64,000 nt of DNA from assembly GCA_028534125.1 (NCBI GenBank), contig CM052816.1, positions 4,466,001 through 4,530,000 on the forward strand, written 5' to 3'. A program made the translations under genes and the position numbers. Of the stretch, positions 63,052 through 64,000 are shown piece after piece (position 1 is the stretch's first letter; each line of letters begins with the position of its first letter). A model generated the notes under the pieces. The model worked only from the letters and a program-made list of their open reading frames with translations. It did no database searches and had not been told where the DNA came from. This DNA is from Lama glama. Its lineage: Eukaryota.

Positions 63052-63364
63052 AGTACAGACAGGACAGGTGAGAAAAAAGGATCAGAGGACCTAAGTAACT
63101 CCTCTGGGCTCCGCTGCGTGCCTTGTAAACATTCACTGGGAACTCTCTAAAGTTTACACTTTTTTGAAGGGCACAGTTAATAAATGTGTATCTCTAAGGA
63201 GACAGAAAAGAGCTGGTACAGCCTGCTGCTTCCTGATCTAATCAGTAGCTACCCACATCTCACATTTATTAACTGTTTACTGTCTGAATGGCATTGACTG
63301 AAGAGCTCCCCTTCCTTGAACGGTCTTCCTTCTCACCAAAAAAAAGAAAATTAATTAGGAACTG

Positions 63365-63760
63365 GACTAGATGCTGTGAGTGATACAAACATAAATAAGG
63401 CAGCCTACATCCTAAAGAAGTTTTCAATCTAATGGGTGAGCAAAAAGTTACAAGGAGGTAACAAGCTTGGACAAAAGGGGGTACTCATTCTGAATGTGAG
63501 ATTAGAAATGTTCATGGAAAAAATAAAATTCACTTTAAGTCCTTAAAAAGTAGATATGATCTGGAATGAGGGGGAAGGAGATGGGATGGAGGCAGAGAAG
63601 ATAAATGAATAAAAAGAATTACGCAAAGAAAAATGAAAGTGATGGTAAAAAAAAATCAATAATAAATAAATGGGGCTGTTCAGAGACCACTGGCCTAAAG
63701 CATTTGAACTTTGTCTGGCAGGTGATGAGAGAGAGAGACAGAAGTTATCTCAATTAGGAA
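63365..63760 (-). mobile_element. L2 fragment
   Basis: gatacaaacataaataaggcagcctacatcctaaagaagttttcaatctaatggg...catttgaactttgtctggcaggtgatgag. Confidence 0.65.
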
Positions 63761-63879
63761 AAAGCAAATGGGCAAAGTAAACTGTGCGCAGTCAAGACAG
63801 TATTGAATTCAAAATTTCAACCTGAGTATCTGGACAGCAATTGCAAGGGGAAAAAAAATGACAAAAATGAAACAAGCCC

Positions 63880-64000
63880 TTTTCTTTTATACATAGTGTG
63901 TGTCAAGCACTATGCTAGAGGTTTTATATACACAATCTCATTTAATCCCCCCAAGAATTCTGAGATTTTTGTTCTTTTTTTTCAGATGAGAACATTGGGA
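63880..64000 (-). mobile_element. MIR SINE, runs off the window
   Basis: tgtgtcaagcactatgctagaggttttatatacacaatctcatttaatcc...ttcagatgaggaac. Confidence 0.8.

Noticed and set aside
62432..63136. ORFs of 189-234 aa
   Set aside because: Span the N gap; artefact

Overview
Mammalian (eutherian) non-coding DNA. It is CpG-poor and AT-leaning, has two 500-N gaps (43689-44188, 62552-63051), and roughly half of it is recognisable decayed transposable elements (MIR, L2, L3/CR1, L1, MaLR/ERVL/ERV1 LTRs, hAT and Tigger elements). I found no supportable protein-coding exon, RNA gene, CpG island or CRISPR-like structure; the ORF track is chance ORFs, TE remnants and N-filled artefacts. The window is intergenic or deep intronic. 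The youngest L1 tails look cetartiodactyl-type and I saw no ruminant, pig, cetacean, carnivore or primate SINEs, which tentatively suggests a camelid. I found no convincing new biological system. The best leads are a ~120 bp L1-mobilised retrocopy of a polyadenylated LTR-like RNA with a 16-bp target-site duplication (TSD; 5016-5169), a TCF/LEF-rich TE-free block with an adjacent RBPJ site (18.2-20.4 kb), a solo LTR with six phased CCAAT boxes and an octamer (41309-41863), a four-level nested TE stack (23.0-24.9 kb) and several TE-free enhancer-like blocks. Repeat names come from recalled consensus sequences, not a database search, and most boundaries are approximate.
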